DNA of 42,147 bases. Origin: Candidatus Kapaibacterium sp. Its GTDB lineage: Bacteria; Bacteroidota; Ignavibacteria; Kapaibacteriales; UBA2268. The translations under genes were made by a program, and so were the position numbers. The notes beneath the pieces were generated by a model. It saw only the letters and a list, made by a program, of their open reading frames with translations, was not told where the DNA came from and did no database searches. The stretch lies in contig JAVBOP010000049.1 in the NCBI GenBank assembly GCA_031550405.1, forward strand, positions 1 through 42,147. The letters are read 5' to 3'. Position 1 is the stretch's first letter; each line of letters starts with the position of its first letter. Positions 27,597 through 36,916 of the stretch are shown here, piece by piece.

Positions 27597-28256
27597 ATGG
27601 AAAATAAGAAAAAACATCATAACAGTCATACTTCGCCAAAAGAGATTATGGAAAAATTGAATACAGTATACGGAAAAAATCCTGCGCAAAATATTCCGAT
27701 AAATGATAATAATTGCGAAGAAAAAAATATGGATTCAGGTGAAATCAACGGCATAAACCAGCGCTGCGACTCGTTGGAGACGGTAAACCAAGAACTTAAT
27801 GCCACAATCGAAGAGCTGTTAAACGAAAAAAATGAGCTTGAAGAGCAGCTGCGGCGCAGAATGGCGGAATTTGAAAATTTTAAACGGAGAACCGACAAGG
27901 AAAAAAGCGATTTATTGGAATATGGAGTTGCTAAATTGTTAGTTAAGTGCATTGATTTGTTAGATGATATAAAAAATGCAGAGCAGGCAGCAAATAGTAC
28001 CGACAATATTGCCTCTGTTCAAAAAGGTCTGGGCATTATCAGTCAGAAAACGGCTAAACTGTTTGAAGAAGAAGGAGTTAAGCAAATGGATACCAAGATA
28101 GGTGATGATTTTGATGTGAATCTGCACGAGGCTCTAATGCGACAACCTTCGGAATTGCCTGAAAATAAGATTGTTATGATTTTACAGAATGGGTATTTTT
28201 ATAAAGACAAGGTGCTGCGATATGCTAAAGTGGCTACATCTGCCGGTGACAATTAA
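27597..28256 (+). CDS. grpE: Nucleotide exchange factor GrpE
   Basis: Motifs LRRRMAEFENFKRRTDKEK, DLLDDIKNA, FDVNLHEALM and GYFYKDKVLRYAKV. Confidence 0.9.
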   Translation: MENKKKHHNSHTSPKEIMEKLNTVYGKNPAQNIPINDNNCEEKNMDSGEINGINQRCDSLETVNQELNATIEELLNEKNELEEQLRRRMAEFENFKRRTDKEKSDLLEYGVAKLLVKCIDLLDDIKNAEQAANSTDNIASVQKGLGIISQKTAKLFEEEGVKQMDTKIGDDFDVNLHEALMRQPSELPENKIVMILQNGYFYKDKVLRYAKVATSAGDN

Positions 28257-28344
28257 ATTTTTAATTTTAATATTATAAGCTGATGTATTTCAGCGGTTTA
28301 TATTATTTGACCATACTCAATTCCAACAAACTATATATTGGATT

Positions 28345-28366
28345 TTTATGAAAATATATTCATAAA
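28345..28366. promoter_or_regulatory. Perfect copy of the 22-bp palindrome TTTATGAA-N6-TTCATAAA
   Basis: tttatgaaaatatattcataaa, located between grpE and the OmpA-family gene. Confidence 0.4.
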
Positions 28367-28634
28367 CCTTGCCATGTTTTTATATATTTTTACATTTTGA
28401 ATGATGTTTTCTACCTTGCACAGCAAATTATTATTAAAAATTTTTAAATAAGATTATGCAGATATGCTTTTTCAAGCAATTGGTGTAATACCTGATTGAT
28501 CTTGAGTAAAATTTACATTATTTGGAGCTGGTGCGTAACAATATGGTAAATAAGCAGTACAGTATATAATTAGATTTACCGTTCTATTCGAAATATTCTA
28601 TTATTCCTGCTTGCTAATATCTAATACCTTAATC

Positions 28635-30575
28635 ATGAAGAAAAATGAATTTTTATTAATAATTCTTGCCTGTATATTGCCATATACTGTTTTGGCTGAT
28701 AATTTTTTAGATGACGAAAAGATTGCCATACATCCCAAAGCGGGCATATATTACAATATATATCAAGCGGATTTCGACTCGTTCACGAATGCTATCTCGT
28801 GTGATGGCATAACTTATAAGAATGGACATGGCTTTGGATATGGTCTTGGCATAGCATTGGAACGCAGCTTTGGCAGCAGATTTCAGTTGAGTTTCGGTCT
28901 GAATTATGTTAAGCGGAGCGGCAGCCTGTATGACGATTTTAAATATAGTTACCGCGACGACGACATGCAAATCAAAAAAGCTACTGTTCGCAGCCAAATT
29001 GATGCCGCCCTGTATTATTTGGAATTGCAGCCGGATATGCGCTATGTCCTGGTGGACAATCTGATAAACGGTCCATTTCGGGCTTATGCGGGCATTCGCT
29101 GCAATATCGCTGCTATCAATGAGTTCGAGCAATATGAAACAGTTATATCGCCAAATGATGTATATTTTAAAAATAATTTTAATAAAAAGTCCCGTACCCG
29201 CGACCTTGCATCGGGCAAAATAGGCGATATTAACCGCATTGGCCTTGGGTGCAGTATCGGCTTCGATAACCTCCTGAAAGTGAGCGATCGGATACATTGG
29301 ACACAGCAGATAGGCTTCGACTATAATTTTACCGATGTCGCCCAAAACGTCGATTGGAAGACACATGCGCTGCATTTCAGCATGGGCTTGCGGTTCAGTA
29401 TTGGCAATGACAAGCCTTATTTTGGCGACACTGTTGAGGTTGCGGAACTGCCTGAGGAAAAAGCTCCCGAACCGGTGCAACGGGTTGTTCCGCCCAATCT
29501 AATCATAGAGCCTGCAGGATTTGACGGGGTGATATATACGGGCACAGAGCTGCTTGCAACCAAGCCGGTGGTCAATGCCGTGTTTTTTGACAACAATTCT
29601 GCCGAAGTGCCTAACTATATAAAATATGAATACTTAACCATAGACGATTATTATTATATGGATGCCCTTAAGCAGCATGACCATATACTGCCTCGCATTG
29701 CAGCGATATTAAAAGCCAATCCCACTGCCTCTGTTACATTGGAAGGAGCTACTGCTGGTGCGCAATTCGAACCAAAAGGCGTGGAGCTTGCCAAAGAAAG
29801 AGCAGCGAATATTAAACAAATTTTCATTAATCTCGGTATTGATGCTACCCGCATTAAAACGGCTGCACGAACTATGCCGCGCTATCCTTCTAACAATAAG
29901 CATAAAGAAGGAGTTATGGAAAATCAGCGCGTGGATATCTGGCTGCATAATGCTCAATTGCAGGAATATGTTGATTTTTTGCGATTTGCCGAGCTGGACG
30001 GTCAATTGCAGTATGAGGCAGCGATAATAAATTCAAGCGATACGGGCAGCCTGTATTCCACAATTGCAGATACTTCGGTGAAGGCTGCTGGAAGCGGAGT
30101 ATATGGTTTTAAGATAAAAAAACGTTTAAAAGAAAATGAGCGTTTTTTATATGGCGAGGCGATTCTTTCTTTGCATAACTACCATAAATCGGTAGATGAT
30201 ACGCTAAATACATCTGTTTTGGATACTGTTAATGTCGAAAAAATATATGACCGGTTTGAAGCTATTTTGAGGTTTGACTATAACAGCGATATTTTAAGCA
30301 ATGAGAATAAACATTTATTAAAACAGCTTGTGGATAAATTGCCGGAAGGCTATACAATACAGATACTTGGCAGTGCCGATGCTTTGGGTAGCGATGCAAG
30401 AAACCAACAGCTATCTAACCGTCGGGCAGCTGTAACCCGTGATTATATTAATTCGCTGAAGAAAGACAAATTTAAATTTGAGACTGGCATAAATAACAAT
30501 CCAGTCAAAATCAGCGAAGCCACACCGCAAGGCCGCTTTCTTAACCGCTGCATGACCTTGCGCATAAAGAAGTAG
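28635..30575 (+). CDS. OmpA-family outer-membrane protein: N-terminal beta-barrel plus two OmpA-like peptidoglycan-binding domains
   Basis: I prefer ATG 28635 (MKKNEFLLIILACILPYTVLA). Barrel-like strands are present (GFGYGLGIALERSF, QLSFGLNYV). The first OmpA-like domain is FFDNNSAEV...VTLEGAT...ELAKERAANI. The second is ILGSADALGSDARNQQLSNRRAAVTRDYI. Confidence 0.8.
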   Translation: MKKNEFLLIILACILPYTVLADNFLDDEKIAIHPKAGIYYNIYQADFDSFTNAISCDGITYKNGHGFGYGLGIALERSFGSRFQLSFGLNYVKRSGSLYDDFKYSYRDDDMQIKKATVRSQIDAALYYLELQPDMRYVLVDNLINGPFRAYAGIRCNIAAINEFEQYETVISPNDVYFKNNFNKKSRTRDLASGKIGDINRIGLGCSIGFDNLLKVSDRIHWTQQIGFDYNFTDVAQNVDWKTHALHFSMGLRFSIGNDKPYFGDTVEVAELPEEKAPEPVQRVVPPNLIIEPAGFDGVIYTGTELLATKPVVNAVFFDNNSAEVPNYIKYEYLTIDDYYYMDALKQHDHILPRIAAILKANPTASVTLEGATAGAQFEPKGVELAKERAANIKQIFINLGIDATRIKTAARTMPRYPSNNKHKEGVMENQRVDIWLHNAQLQEYVDFLRFAELDGQLQYEAAIINSSDTGSLYSTIADTSVKAAGSGVYGFKIKKRLKENERFLYGEAILSLHNYHKSVDDTLNTSVLDTVNVEKIYDRFEAILRFDYNSDILSNENKHLLKQLVDKLPEGYTIQILGSADALGSDARNQQLSNRRAAVTRDYINSLKKDKFKFETGINNNPVKISEATPQGRFLNRCMTLRIKK

Positions 30576-30631
30576 AGAAACTTGTTTCGAGTATGGCAAG
30601 ACAACAAGATTTTAATCTTATGTCATGAAGT

Positions 30632-30653
30632 TTTATGAATTTTTATTCATTTT
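30632..30653. promoter_or_regulatory. Palindrome copy TTTATGAAT-TTTT-ATTCATttt overlapping the MFS gene stop codon
   Basis: The core TGAAT-TTTT-ATTCA is exact. It lies between the convergent OmpA-family and MFS genes. Confidence 0.35.
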
Positions 30654-32060
30654 TCTTGCAAAAAATATTAACCCTGTTGTGCCGGCAATGCCGATGCATA
30701 AAAAAGGCAGCCATAAAAGCCACGGAGAATATGTATGCCACAATAAGTCAGTGATACCAACGGCATTCAAGCCAGTTTTTTGCATGAGCAGTTCGATGGC
30801 ATTGGCGTGAGTGGACTGAATATTTGGGTATTTTTCTGCTAAATATTGCATAGCCAGAGCGGATTTTTCCCCAAAATTTTTGTATATAATACCACCAATA
30901 ATTCCACCGCCCGAAAGACCAAAAGCCCATGCAAGATTGGCATATCCAAGATAGAGCGAACGGGCATCATCAGGCGCTATACTGCTTAAGTATTCGCTAA
31001 TACGTGGTGTTATAGTTATTTCACCTATGGCAAGCACAAACACGCCTGCTATGAGTACGCCGCCGTTCATTGTAAATCCAGCCGTGAATAAGCCTAATGA
31101 AACAAGCAACATACCCAAAGCGCACATGAACAGTATGTTGCGGCGTGCGGTTATCCACGAGGCAAAAGCCACGAAAAGCACCAGCATTGTGGAATTGATG
31201 TTGTATATCCACTCAAACGAAATCATTGTGCCGCGCGCTGTGCCGTATTGCATAAATTGGGGCAGGAACGCAGCAATGGCGCTGGTGTCTGACCAGTCAA
31301 GCACGAAATTGGGCAGCGTTTCGTAGAATTGCATGTGATTTATCGTGAAGCCTGTGATTAGGAGCAGAAAGATGAGGACTTCCGGGCGCATTATATTTCG
31401 CACTGTCTGCCTTAATATGTTAGCGCTTTCATTTAGTATCTCACTTATTGATAATGGCTTACGCGTATTGGGATTTACATCTTCCTTGACAAGCAAAAGC
31501 AAGATGAAGTTCAGTAAATATACGGTGGCACTGCCGTAAAAGACCCATTTCCATGAAAATCCTTTTAGATAAACGGAGAATGTCGGACCCAAAAAGTAGG
31601 CGATATTCACAAATGTCATGTATATTCCCCAGCCGAAAGCGGTATTTTTGCCTGCAAGTGCCTTTGATACTTGGCCTTGCAGCGCAGGTTTGAACACTCC
31701 CATGCCCAGACCGAGTATCAGCGTGCTGAATAAAAACGGGTAGAATGTGCGGAAATTGCCAAGCAGTATGAAGCCTGCAACGATGAGTACTGACGAGATG
31801 AACATGAGCTTTTTTCTGCCGTATCTATCTGCAAAACCACCAGTTAGTACTGGCGATATATTTTGCACCAATGCCCACCAGAAAAATATCAGCCCTTTCA
31901 CTGTATGTTCCCAATGCAGCCCGCCTGCTATGTCCTTTTGCGCTATATACACGGGCATTTGCAGCAAAACTATCCAGTATGCCAGTCGTTCCACAGTTTG
32001 TACTACATTAAGCAGCCAAAATTGACGTGGATATGTTTTAATAGTATATATAAAATTCAT
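30633..32060 (-). CDS. MFS transporter, POT/PTR2-like (possible di/tripeptide permease)
   Basis: 475 aa with about 12-14 TM segments. It has an ExxER-like motif (VQTVERLAYWIVLLQMPVYI) and MFS motif A (GGFADRYGRKKLM). Confidence 0.7.
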   Translation of the reverse strand: MNFIYTIKTYPRQFWLLNVVQTVERLAYWIVLLQMPVYIAQKDIAGGLHWEHTVKGLIFFWWALVQNISPVLTGGFADRYGRKKLMFISSVLIVAGFILLGNFRTFYPFLFSTLILGLGMGVFKPALQGQVSKALAGKNTAFGWGIYMTFVNIAYFLGPTFSVYLKGFSWKWVFYGSATVYLLNFILLLLVKEDVNPNTRKPLSISEILNESANILRQTVRNIMRPEVLIFLLLITGFTINHMQFYETLPNFVLDWSDTSAIAAFLPQFMQYGTARGTMISFEWIYNINSTMLVLFVAFASWITARRNILFMCALGMLLVSLGLFTAGFTMNGGVLIAGVFVLAIGEITITPRISEYLSSIAPDDARSLYLGYANLAWAFGLSGGGIIGGIIYKNFGEKSALAMQYLAEKYPNIQSTHANAIELLMQKTGLNAVGITDLLWHTYSPWLLWLPFLCIGIAGTTGLIFFARKMNKNS

Positions 32061-32197
32061 ATAGATGCCAAAAGATTATTAAAATTTATTCAGAAATTAT
32101 TTTTTAACTTAATTACGGCGTAATAGTCAAAATTAATAAGAGAGATATAATATTGCTATTATTGGCATGATGATAAATTAAAAAATATTCATAAATA

Positions 32198-33415
32198 TTA
32201 TGTTGTGTTTTCGGATGGAGATTTGCGAAATTCGGCGGGGGTCTGGCTGGTATAGCGCTTGAAGAATACATTGAAAGAGGAAATACTCTTAAATCCAACT
32301 TTTTCAGCTACTTCAATAAGGTTTGTCCGATTATTGGCATCTGATAGCAGCTGTTTGGCTTCGTCAATCCGATAACGATTGACAAAACCTATGAAATTCT
32401 CGCCAAAATCCTCCTTGATTATCAAAGATAAATAGGTACGATTTGTCCCAAGTTCCTTTACAACAGAATCCAATCTCAGGTCGGGATTAAGATATATCCT
32501 GTTATTTTCCATCAACTTCATTAAATCTGCCTGCAATTGAGCTCGGGTGGTTGCTGGAATATTTATTGACTTATTTTTTCCATTATCTTCATTTTCTTCG
32601 ACAATCGGCTCATTTTTCGTGAAAATATCCTGCTGGCTTGCACCAAGACAGGCAACAACCAGGTAAAAAGCCGCATAAAAGAAATTGCTGAAGTCATTTA
32701 AATAAAGGCTATTAAATGTGGCTGGCAAATCGAAAAATGTAATAAATCCAATTACGATAAACAGACCTAATAAATATGGCAGCCATGATAAACTAATCTT
32801 TTCACTGTAAGAAAATTGTCGAGCAATTGCCTTTTTATGATGCTGATACATCCTTGCTGATTTACAGGCAAATATGCAAAATACCACAATGAAATGTAAA
32901 TATACTGCGATGCGAAGCCATAAAAATGGATTGCCTGTATTGTCTCTAATCTCATCAAATGAATATAGAACCGGATTTGTAGCGATAATGCTCAACACAG
33001 CATATACAGCAAGATAAAAAGCCATAGTACAGCCAAACTGTATGATTATATGTCTGTTATTTTCATTGGGCTGCATTAGTGTTTTCAGGTAAATATATAT
33101 GATATATACCAAAAATATACAATAAGTACTATAAAAAAAATCAAAATTTTGAAGGCTGTAATTGTAGGCAAAATAAGAGCGCACTGCCGAACTGCCATTG
33201 AATATTGTCGCTCCCAATGCCGCAATGGAGAGAATCGTTCTCGCTTTGCTGCCATTTCCAAGCACGAAAAGCAAAATTGTGCAGAACAGGCATGAAAGAA
33301 TTAATGTCGTTGATGATATTAAAAATAAATCGTATGCTATCATGTTTTCAATTTTAAAGCTCAAACAAGCTGCACAAAGATAAGCATTTTTTACAAGTAG
33401 AGATATTAACGGCAT
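32198..33415 (-). CDS. Membrane-anchored AraC-family transcriptional regulator
   Basis: The N-terminal ~260 aa are polytopic. The C-terminal AraC HTH pair is LDSVVKELGTNRTYLSLIIKEDFGENF..FVNRYRIDEAKQLL...IEVAEKVGFKSISSFNVFFKRYTSQTPAEFRK. The start may instead be the internal Met at 33343. Confidence 0.8.
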   Translation of the reverse strand: MPLISLLVKNAYLCAACLSFKIENMIAYDLFLISSTTLILSCLFCTILLFVLGNGSKARTILSIAALGATIFNGSSAVRSYFAYNYSLQNFDFFYSTYCIFLVYIIYIYLKTLMQPNENNRHIIIQFGCTMAFYLAVYAVLSIIATNPVLYSFDEIRDNTGNPFLWLRIAVYLHFIVVFCIFACKSARMYQHHKKAIARQFSYSEKISLSWLPYLLGLFIVIGFITFFDLPATFNSLYLNDFSNFFYAAFYLVVACLGASQQDIFTKNEPIVEENEDNGKNKSINIPATTRAQLQADLMKLMENNRIYLNPDLRLDSVVKELGTNRTYLSLIIKEDFGENFIGFVNRYRIDEAKQLLSDANNRTNLIEVAEKVGFKSISSFNVFFKRYTSQTPAEFRKSPSENTT

Positions 33416-33526
33416 AATTTTGTAAAATCAATCAGCCTGTTGTATAATTAATTGAAAATATATTGATTATAGATTGATATTTTGCAAAATTGATAAATAT
33501 AAAAAGCGTTATGTAGTTTATATTTT

Positions 33527-33802
33527 TCAGAGTTGTCTACTATAAACTCGCCTTATCCTGTTTCCTTGAATAAAATATCTATATTCGTTTGTAGTGACAG
33601 ACCTATGCGTCTGCCCCAAAATACCAATGCTCCACATGCCCATATTGTTTGCGCCGCCATTGCCATCAGTATTATTTGCGTTGTTAAGCCTTATGTGAAT
33701 GAGCTTGCTTCCCCAAAAGTTCGTTTACTTTCAATGCCTGCACATTGGCCAATTCTGTTGTACATATTCCTACGAATGCAAATAATAATACCAAATTTTC
33801 AT
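33527..33802 (-). pseudogene. Possible small lipoprotein gene disrupted by a compensated pair of frameshifts
   Basis: ATG 33802 reads MKIWYYYLHS-stop. One extra A in the AAAA run would give MKNLVLLFAFVGIC (lipobox)TTELANVQALKVNELLGKQAHSHK. The original frame then resumes with LNNANNTDGNGGANNMGMWSIGILGQTHRSVTTNEYRYFIQGNRIRRVYSRQL-stop. The start and stop are in the same frame. Confidence 0.25.
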
Positions 33803-33806
33803 AAAT

Positions 33807-34256
33807 CTATTCTTCCAATTTTATTGCTGATTTAATAATTATTTGTGATATTCCATTCAGTCCAGCGGTGAATATGTCATGGCGATATACTGGATATACC
33901 TTTTCTTCCTCGGAAGCAATAGTATAGCTGATTCGTACCTTAAATTCTTTTTTAAACGAATTTGGGAACCAAGTTGGTGTACATTCTGGTCTGGCACAAA
34001 AACATTTCACCGGAAAATCATAAATATCTATTGGCAAATCATATGTTAACAAAGTGTCTTTTAAATCAGTTGTAATGATAAAATAACCATGTGCAACACC
34101 ATAATCTTCTTCAATAATTACGCCCGCTCCGCCGTCATAACCTGCTATATAGCAATCTACTTGCATAAGATCGTTATTATCATCTTCCGTACATCCCACG
34201 GCTGCCAAGCATATCGCCAACACCGGCAGCCATTTCAAAATTTTTGTTGTCTTCAT
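33807..34256 (-). CDS. Lipoprotein, hypothetical
   Basis: 149 aa with lipobox LAAVGC followed by an acidic TEDDNN tract. No family recognised. Confidence 0.55.
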   Translation of the reverse strand: MKTTKILKWLPVLAICLAAVGCTEDDNNDLMQVDCYIAGYDGGAGVIIEEDYGVAHGYFIITTDLKDTLLTYDLPIDIYDFPVKCFCARPECTPTWFPNSFKKEFKVRISYTIASEEEKVYPVYRHDIFTAGLNGISQIIIKSAIKLEE

Positions 34257-34521
34257 AATACCTCCATTTTTAGATAAAATAGTTTATAAATTTGTAGCGC
34301 ATAGTGCTACTTCATATTAAATTAGTGGATAAAAGTACAAGGTTATATTATGTATTTTTTCTGATATAACCAAATTTTTACTGACAAAATTAATTAAAAA
34401 ATAAAGTAATGCAAAATTTTAATAAGGATATCCACATTTTTTGAAAAAAACATTGAAATTTACGCAATATCCCATACATATAATCCGTTTATATCTAACT
34501 GTGATGTGATGCCTATACAGC

Positions 34522-34543
34522 TTTATGAATAATTTTTCATAAA
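34522..34543. promoter_or_regulatory. Perfect copy of the 22-bp palindrome (left flank of the GC-rich element)
   Basis: tttatgaataatttttcataaa. Confidence 0.4.
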
Positions 34544-34547
34544 TAAC

Positions 34548-34664
34548 TGTCGTTCTGAGCGCAACGAAGAATCTGCACCACACATTAGTCCCCTCATTGC
34601 CAAGGAGGGGAAGACATGCAATGCCATTCCCTCTCGTTTCCAAGAATGAGGTTAGGGTGTGGTC
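34548..34664 (+). ncRNA. Candidate structured RNA or REP/MITE-like element (strand uncertain)
   Basis: A locally GC-rich island in an AT-rich spacer. Three nested helices are visible. Outer: accacac (34577..34583) with gtgtggt (34657..34663). Middle: cctcatt (34592..34598) with aatgagg (34645..34651). Inner: ggaggggaa (34604..34612) with ttccctct (34627..34634), with one bulge. The 5' leader is gtcgttctgagcgcaacgaagaatc. Confidence 0.3.
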
Positions 34665-34686
34665 TTTATGAAAAAAAAATCATAAA
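34665..34686. promoter_or_regulatory. Palindrome copy TTTATGAA-N6-aTCATAAA (right flank of the GC-rich element, 43 nt upstream of ptb)
   Basis: tttatgaaaaaaaaatcataaa. Confidence 0.35.
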
Positions 34687-34728
34687 ACATATAATATTTT
34701 AATAATCTACTATAACATAAGGTTAATT

Positions 34729-35625
34729 ATGAACATCACTAAACTTGATGATTTAGTTAAAATTGCTTCCGCAAAAGGGAAAAAAACTGTTGCAGTTGCG
34801 GCGGCAGATGACGACCACGTTTTACACGCTATTTCCGCAGCGCGCAAAGCTGGCATTATTGAGGCGATTTTTGTAGGGCATGCCGAAAATATCAATAAAA
34901 TTGCAGGCGCTGAAAATATTGATATTTCTGGAATACAAATAATAGATGAGCCGAACGCTGCCGTTGCTGCCAAAAAAGCCGTTGAGGTTGTCAATAATGG
35001 CAATGCGCAAATTTTGATGAAAGGCTTGGTTTCCACCGCCGATTTTTTGCGTGCCGTTTTGAATAAGGAAGTTGGACTTAGAACTAATAATTTATTGAGT
35101 CACATAGGTCTTTTTGAATTGCCTAACTATCATAAACTATTAGCTCTTACGGATGCAGCGCAGAATGTTGCACCGACTTTTGAGGAAAAAATACAAATTT
35201 TGAATAATTCGGTATCCTGCTTGAACAGATTGGGTGTAGCATGTCCGAAAGTGGCAGTATTAGCTGCTGTTGAGACTGTAAACCCCAAGATGGAAGTTAC
35301 AATTCACGCTTCCATGATGGTTCAAATGAATCGCCGCAAGCAGATTAAAAATTGCATTATCGATGGTCCTTTGGCGCTTGACAATGCGGTCTCGAAAGAA
35401 GCATGCGACCATAAGGGCATTGTTTCCGAAGTTGGCGGTGATGCGGACTTGCTGTTTGCGCCCAATATTGAAGTTGGCAATGCCCTCTACAAAGCCTTTA
35501 ATTATTTGGCGGGCGGCACCATTGCAGGAGCAATTTTAGGCGCCAAAGTGCCGATAGTTCTCACTTCCCGCGCAGATTCCAACCGTTCCAAATATATGTC
35601 TATTGCTTTGGCGGCATCATATTAG
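34729..35625 (+). CDS. ptb: Phosphate butyryltransferase / phosphate acyltransferase (PTA_PTB family)
   Basis: 298 aa. Motifs KKTVAVAAADDDHVLHAISAARKAGIIEAIFVG, ILMKGLVSTADFLRAVL, LLALTDAAQNVAP and IDGPLALDNAVS. Confidence 0.8.
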   Translation: MNITKLDDLVKIASAKGKKTVAVAAADDDHVLHAISAARKAGIIEAIFVGHAENINKIAGAENIDISGIQIIDEPNAAVAAKKAVEVVNNGNAQILMKGLVSTADFLRAVLNKEVGLRTNNLLSHIGLFELPNYHKLLALTDAAQNVAPTFEEKIQILNNSVSCLNRLGVACPKVAVLAAVETVNPKMEVTIHASMMVQMNRRKQIKNCIIDGPLALDNAVSKEACDHKGIVSEVGGDADLLFAPNIEVGNALYKAFNYLAGGTIAGAILGAKVPIVLTSRADSNRSKYMSIALAASY

Positions 35626-35643
35626 GCATATTATTCACTATAT

Positions 35644-35688
35644 AAAGGCAGGATACAGAGGCGCAAAGACAAACTCCATCCTGCCTTT
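35644..35688. terminator. Bidirectional terminator between convergent ptb and cheV
   Basis: aaaggcaggat (35644..35654) pairs with atcctgccttt (35678..35688). Confidence 0.75.
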
Positions 35689-35707
35689 GTAGTTTTTTTA
35701 ATAAGGG

Positions 35708-36676
35708 TTATGCAATAACTGGGTTCTTATTGACTAACGAACTGTCGGAAATTAATAGCCTTACAACTTCTAATAATTCGCCTATTTGAGGCTTGGTCAG
35801 CTGTGCGTCTGCACCCACAGTTTGACCTTTGTGGTATAAATCAGGCGTGATAAGGGACGAAAACAATACCACCGGCAGCTGCTTTAATACCGAGTGGGTT
35901 TTGATATTTTTCGTCAAAGTGTATCCGTCCATTTCGGGCATTTCAATATCTGAAATCACGATAGAGCACAGAGACTTAATATTGGCGCCTGCCTGCACCT
36001 CTTTTGCGATTTCCTTCATGCGGTTCCAACAAGCTCCGCCATCCTTATAGGATTCAATTTGAAAGCCCGCTGAAATTAGCCTGTCGGTAATCATTTTCCT
36101 GATAATAGTGGAGTCCTCAGCCGTGATAGCAATAGGTTTGCCCTCAATCACTTTGATGTCGTCCTTGAACTCCTCAATAGCAGATTTCGGGTCAATATCG
36201 GCGACGATTTTCTCGACATCGAGCATCAGAATATTATTCTCCTCCAAGCGCACAAGCCCGATAATACACGACTTTTCGGCGTCAAATTCCTGCATTGTAT
36301 CAGGCGAAACGATTTGAGTCCAGGAAATTCGATGAATGCGGTTAACGTCGTTTACAATAAAACCAACTTTTAATTTATTAAATTCGGCAATCACCATTTT
36401 GCAGTTCGCCGACTTATTCTCCTGTCCATACAGGAACTTGCATAAATCGACGGCAGGATATATATACCCGCGAAGCCTGAACACGCCATACACAACATCC
36501 GGCAGATTCGGCATTTTGGTCAATTCCGGCATCCGTATTATTTCTCGGACTTTCGCCACATTTACGCCAAAAGATTGCCGTATTCGCTTTTTATCTTTTT
36601 GGATATATTCGAGGACAAACTCCACAACTTCAAATTCATTCGTGCCTGTTTCCAGCAATATATTAGTTTTTGCCAT
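35708..36676 (-). CDS. cheV: Chemotaxis coupling protein CheV (CheW domain plus receiver domain)
   Basis: N-terminal CheW-like region: NEFEVVEF...FGVNVAKVREII..P....MPN.P..V.GVF.LRG..YP.VDL. C-terminal REC: ITAEDSTIIRK and IVISDIEMPEMDGYTL. Confidence 0.85.
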   Translation of the reverse strand: MAKTNILLETGTNEFEVVEFVLEYIQKDKKRIRQSFGVNVAKVREIIRMPELTKMPNLPDVVYGVFRLRGYIYPAVDLCKFLYGQENKSANCKMVIAEFNKLKVGFIVNDVNRIHRISWTQIVSPDTMQEFDAEKSCIIGLVRLEENNILMLDVEKIVADIDPKSAIEEFKDDIKVIEGKPIAITAEDSTIIRKMITDRLISAGFQIESYKDGGACWNRMKEIAKEVQAGANIKSLCSIVISDIEMPEMDGYTLTKNIKTHSVLKQLPVVLFSSLITPDLYHKGQTVGADAQLTKPQIGELLEVVRLLISDSSLVNKNPVIA

Positions 36677-36916
36677 TTTTCACTCCATTAGGTTTAATCT
36701 AACCACAGACATAGTATACGGTAAATTGCGAAAAAATATTATATCTGCAGGTTGCACTTTTATTACCCTTCTATCTTCGGAATAACATGCCGCAAACTGA
36801 AGCAAGGCATGAGGTAGAAATATTAATTTTTTTTAATAAATGTGAAGTGTATGTGTAATTATGTAAAAAAATGTATTTTTGTGCTTGTTTTAATATTGCA
36901 GCGAGAACGCATAAAT

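Noticed and set aside
28707-29480. 257-aa minus-strand ORF in the track.
   Set aside because: It lies entirely antisense to the beta-barrel part of the OmpA-family gene. Its composition is not protein-like and I recognise no motifs. It is a shadow ORF.
30625-32123. Multiple 60-99-aa plus-strand ORFs and small minus ORFs overlapping the MFS transporter gene.
   Set aside because: They are shadow ORFs of the 475-aa transporter frame.
33533-33835. 100-aa plus-strand ORF in the AraC/lipoprotein spacer.
   Set aside because: The translation is not protein-like. The opposite strand carries the better, though frameshifted, lipoprotein-like reading.
34419-34643. 74-aa minus-strand ORF across the GC-rich element.
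   Set aside because: It is driven by the hairpin element (the RFFVALRTT-type translation typical of repeat-derived spurious ORFs). It has no SD or start context.
36108-36785. Plus-strand ORFs 36108..36317 and 36336..36785.
   Set aside because: They are antisense to cheV and have Ser/Ile/Phe-rich low-complexity translations.
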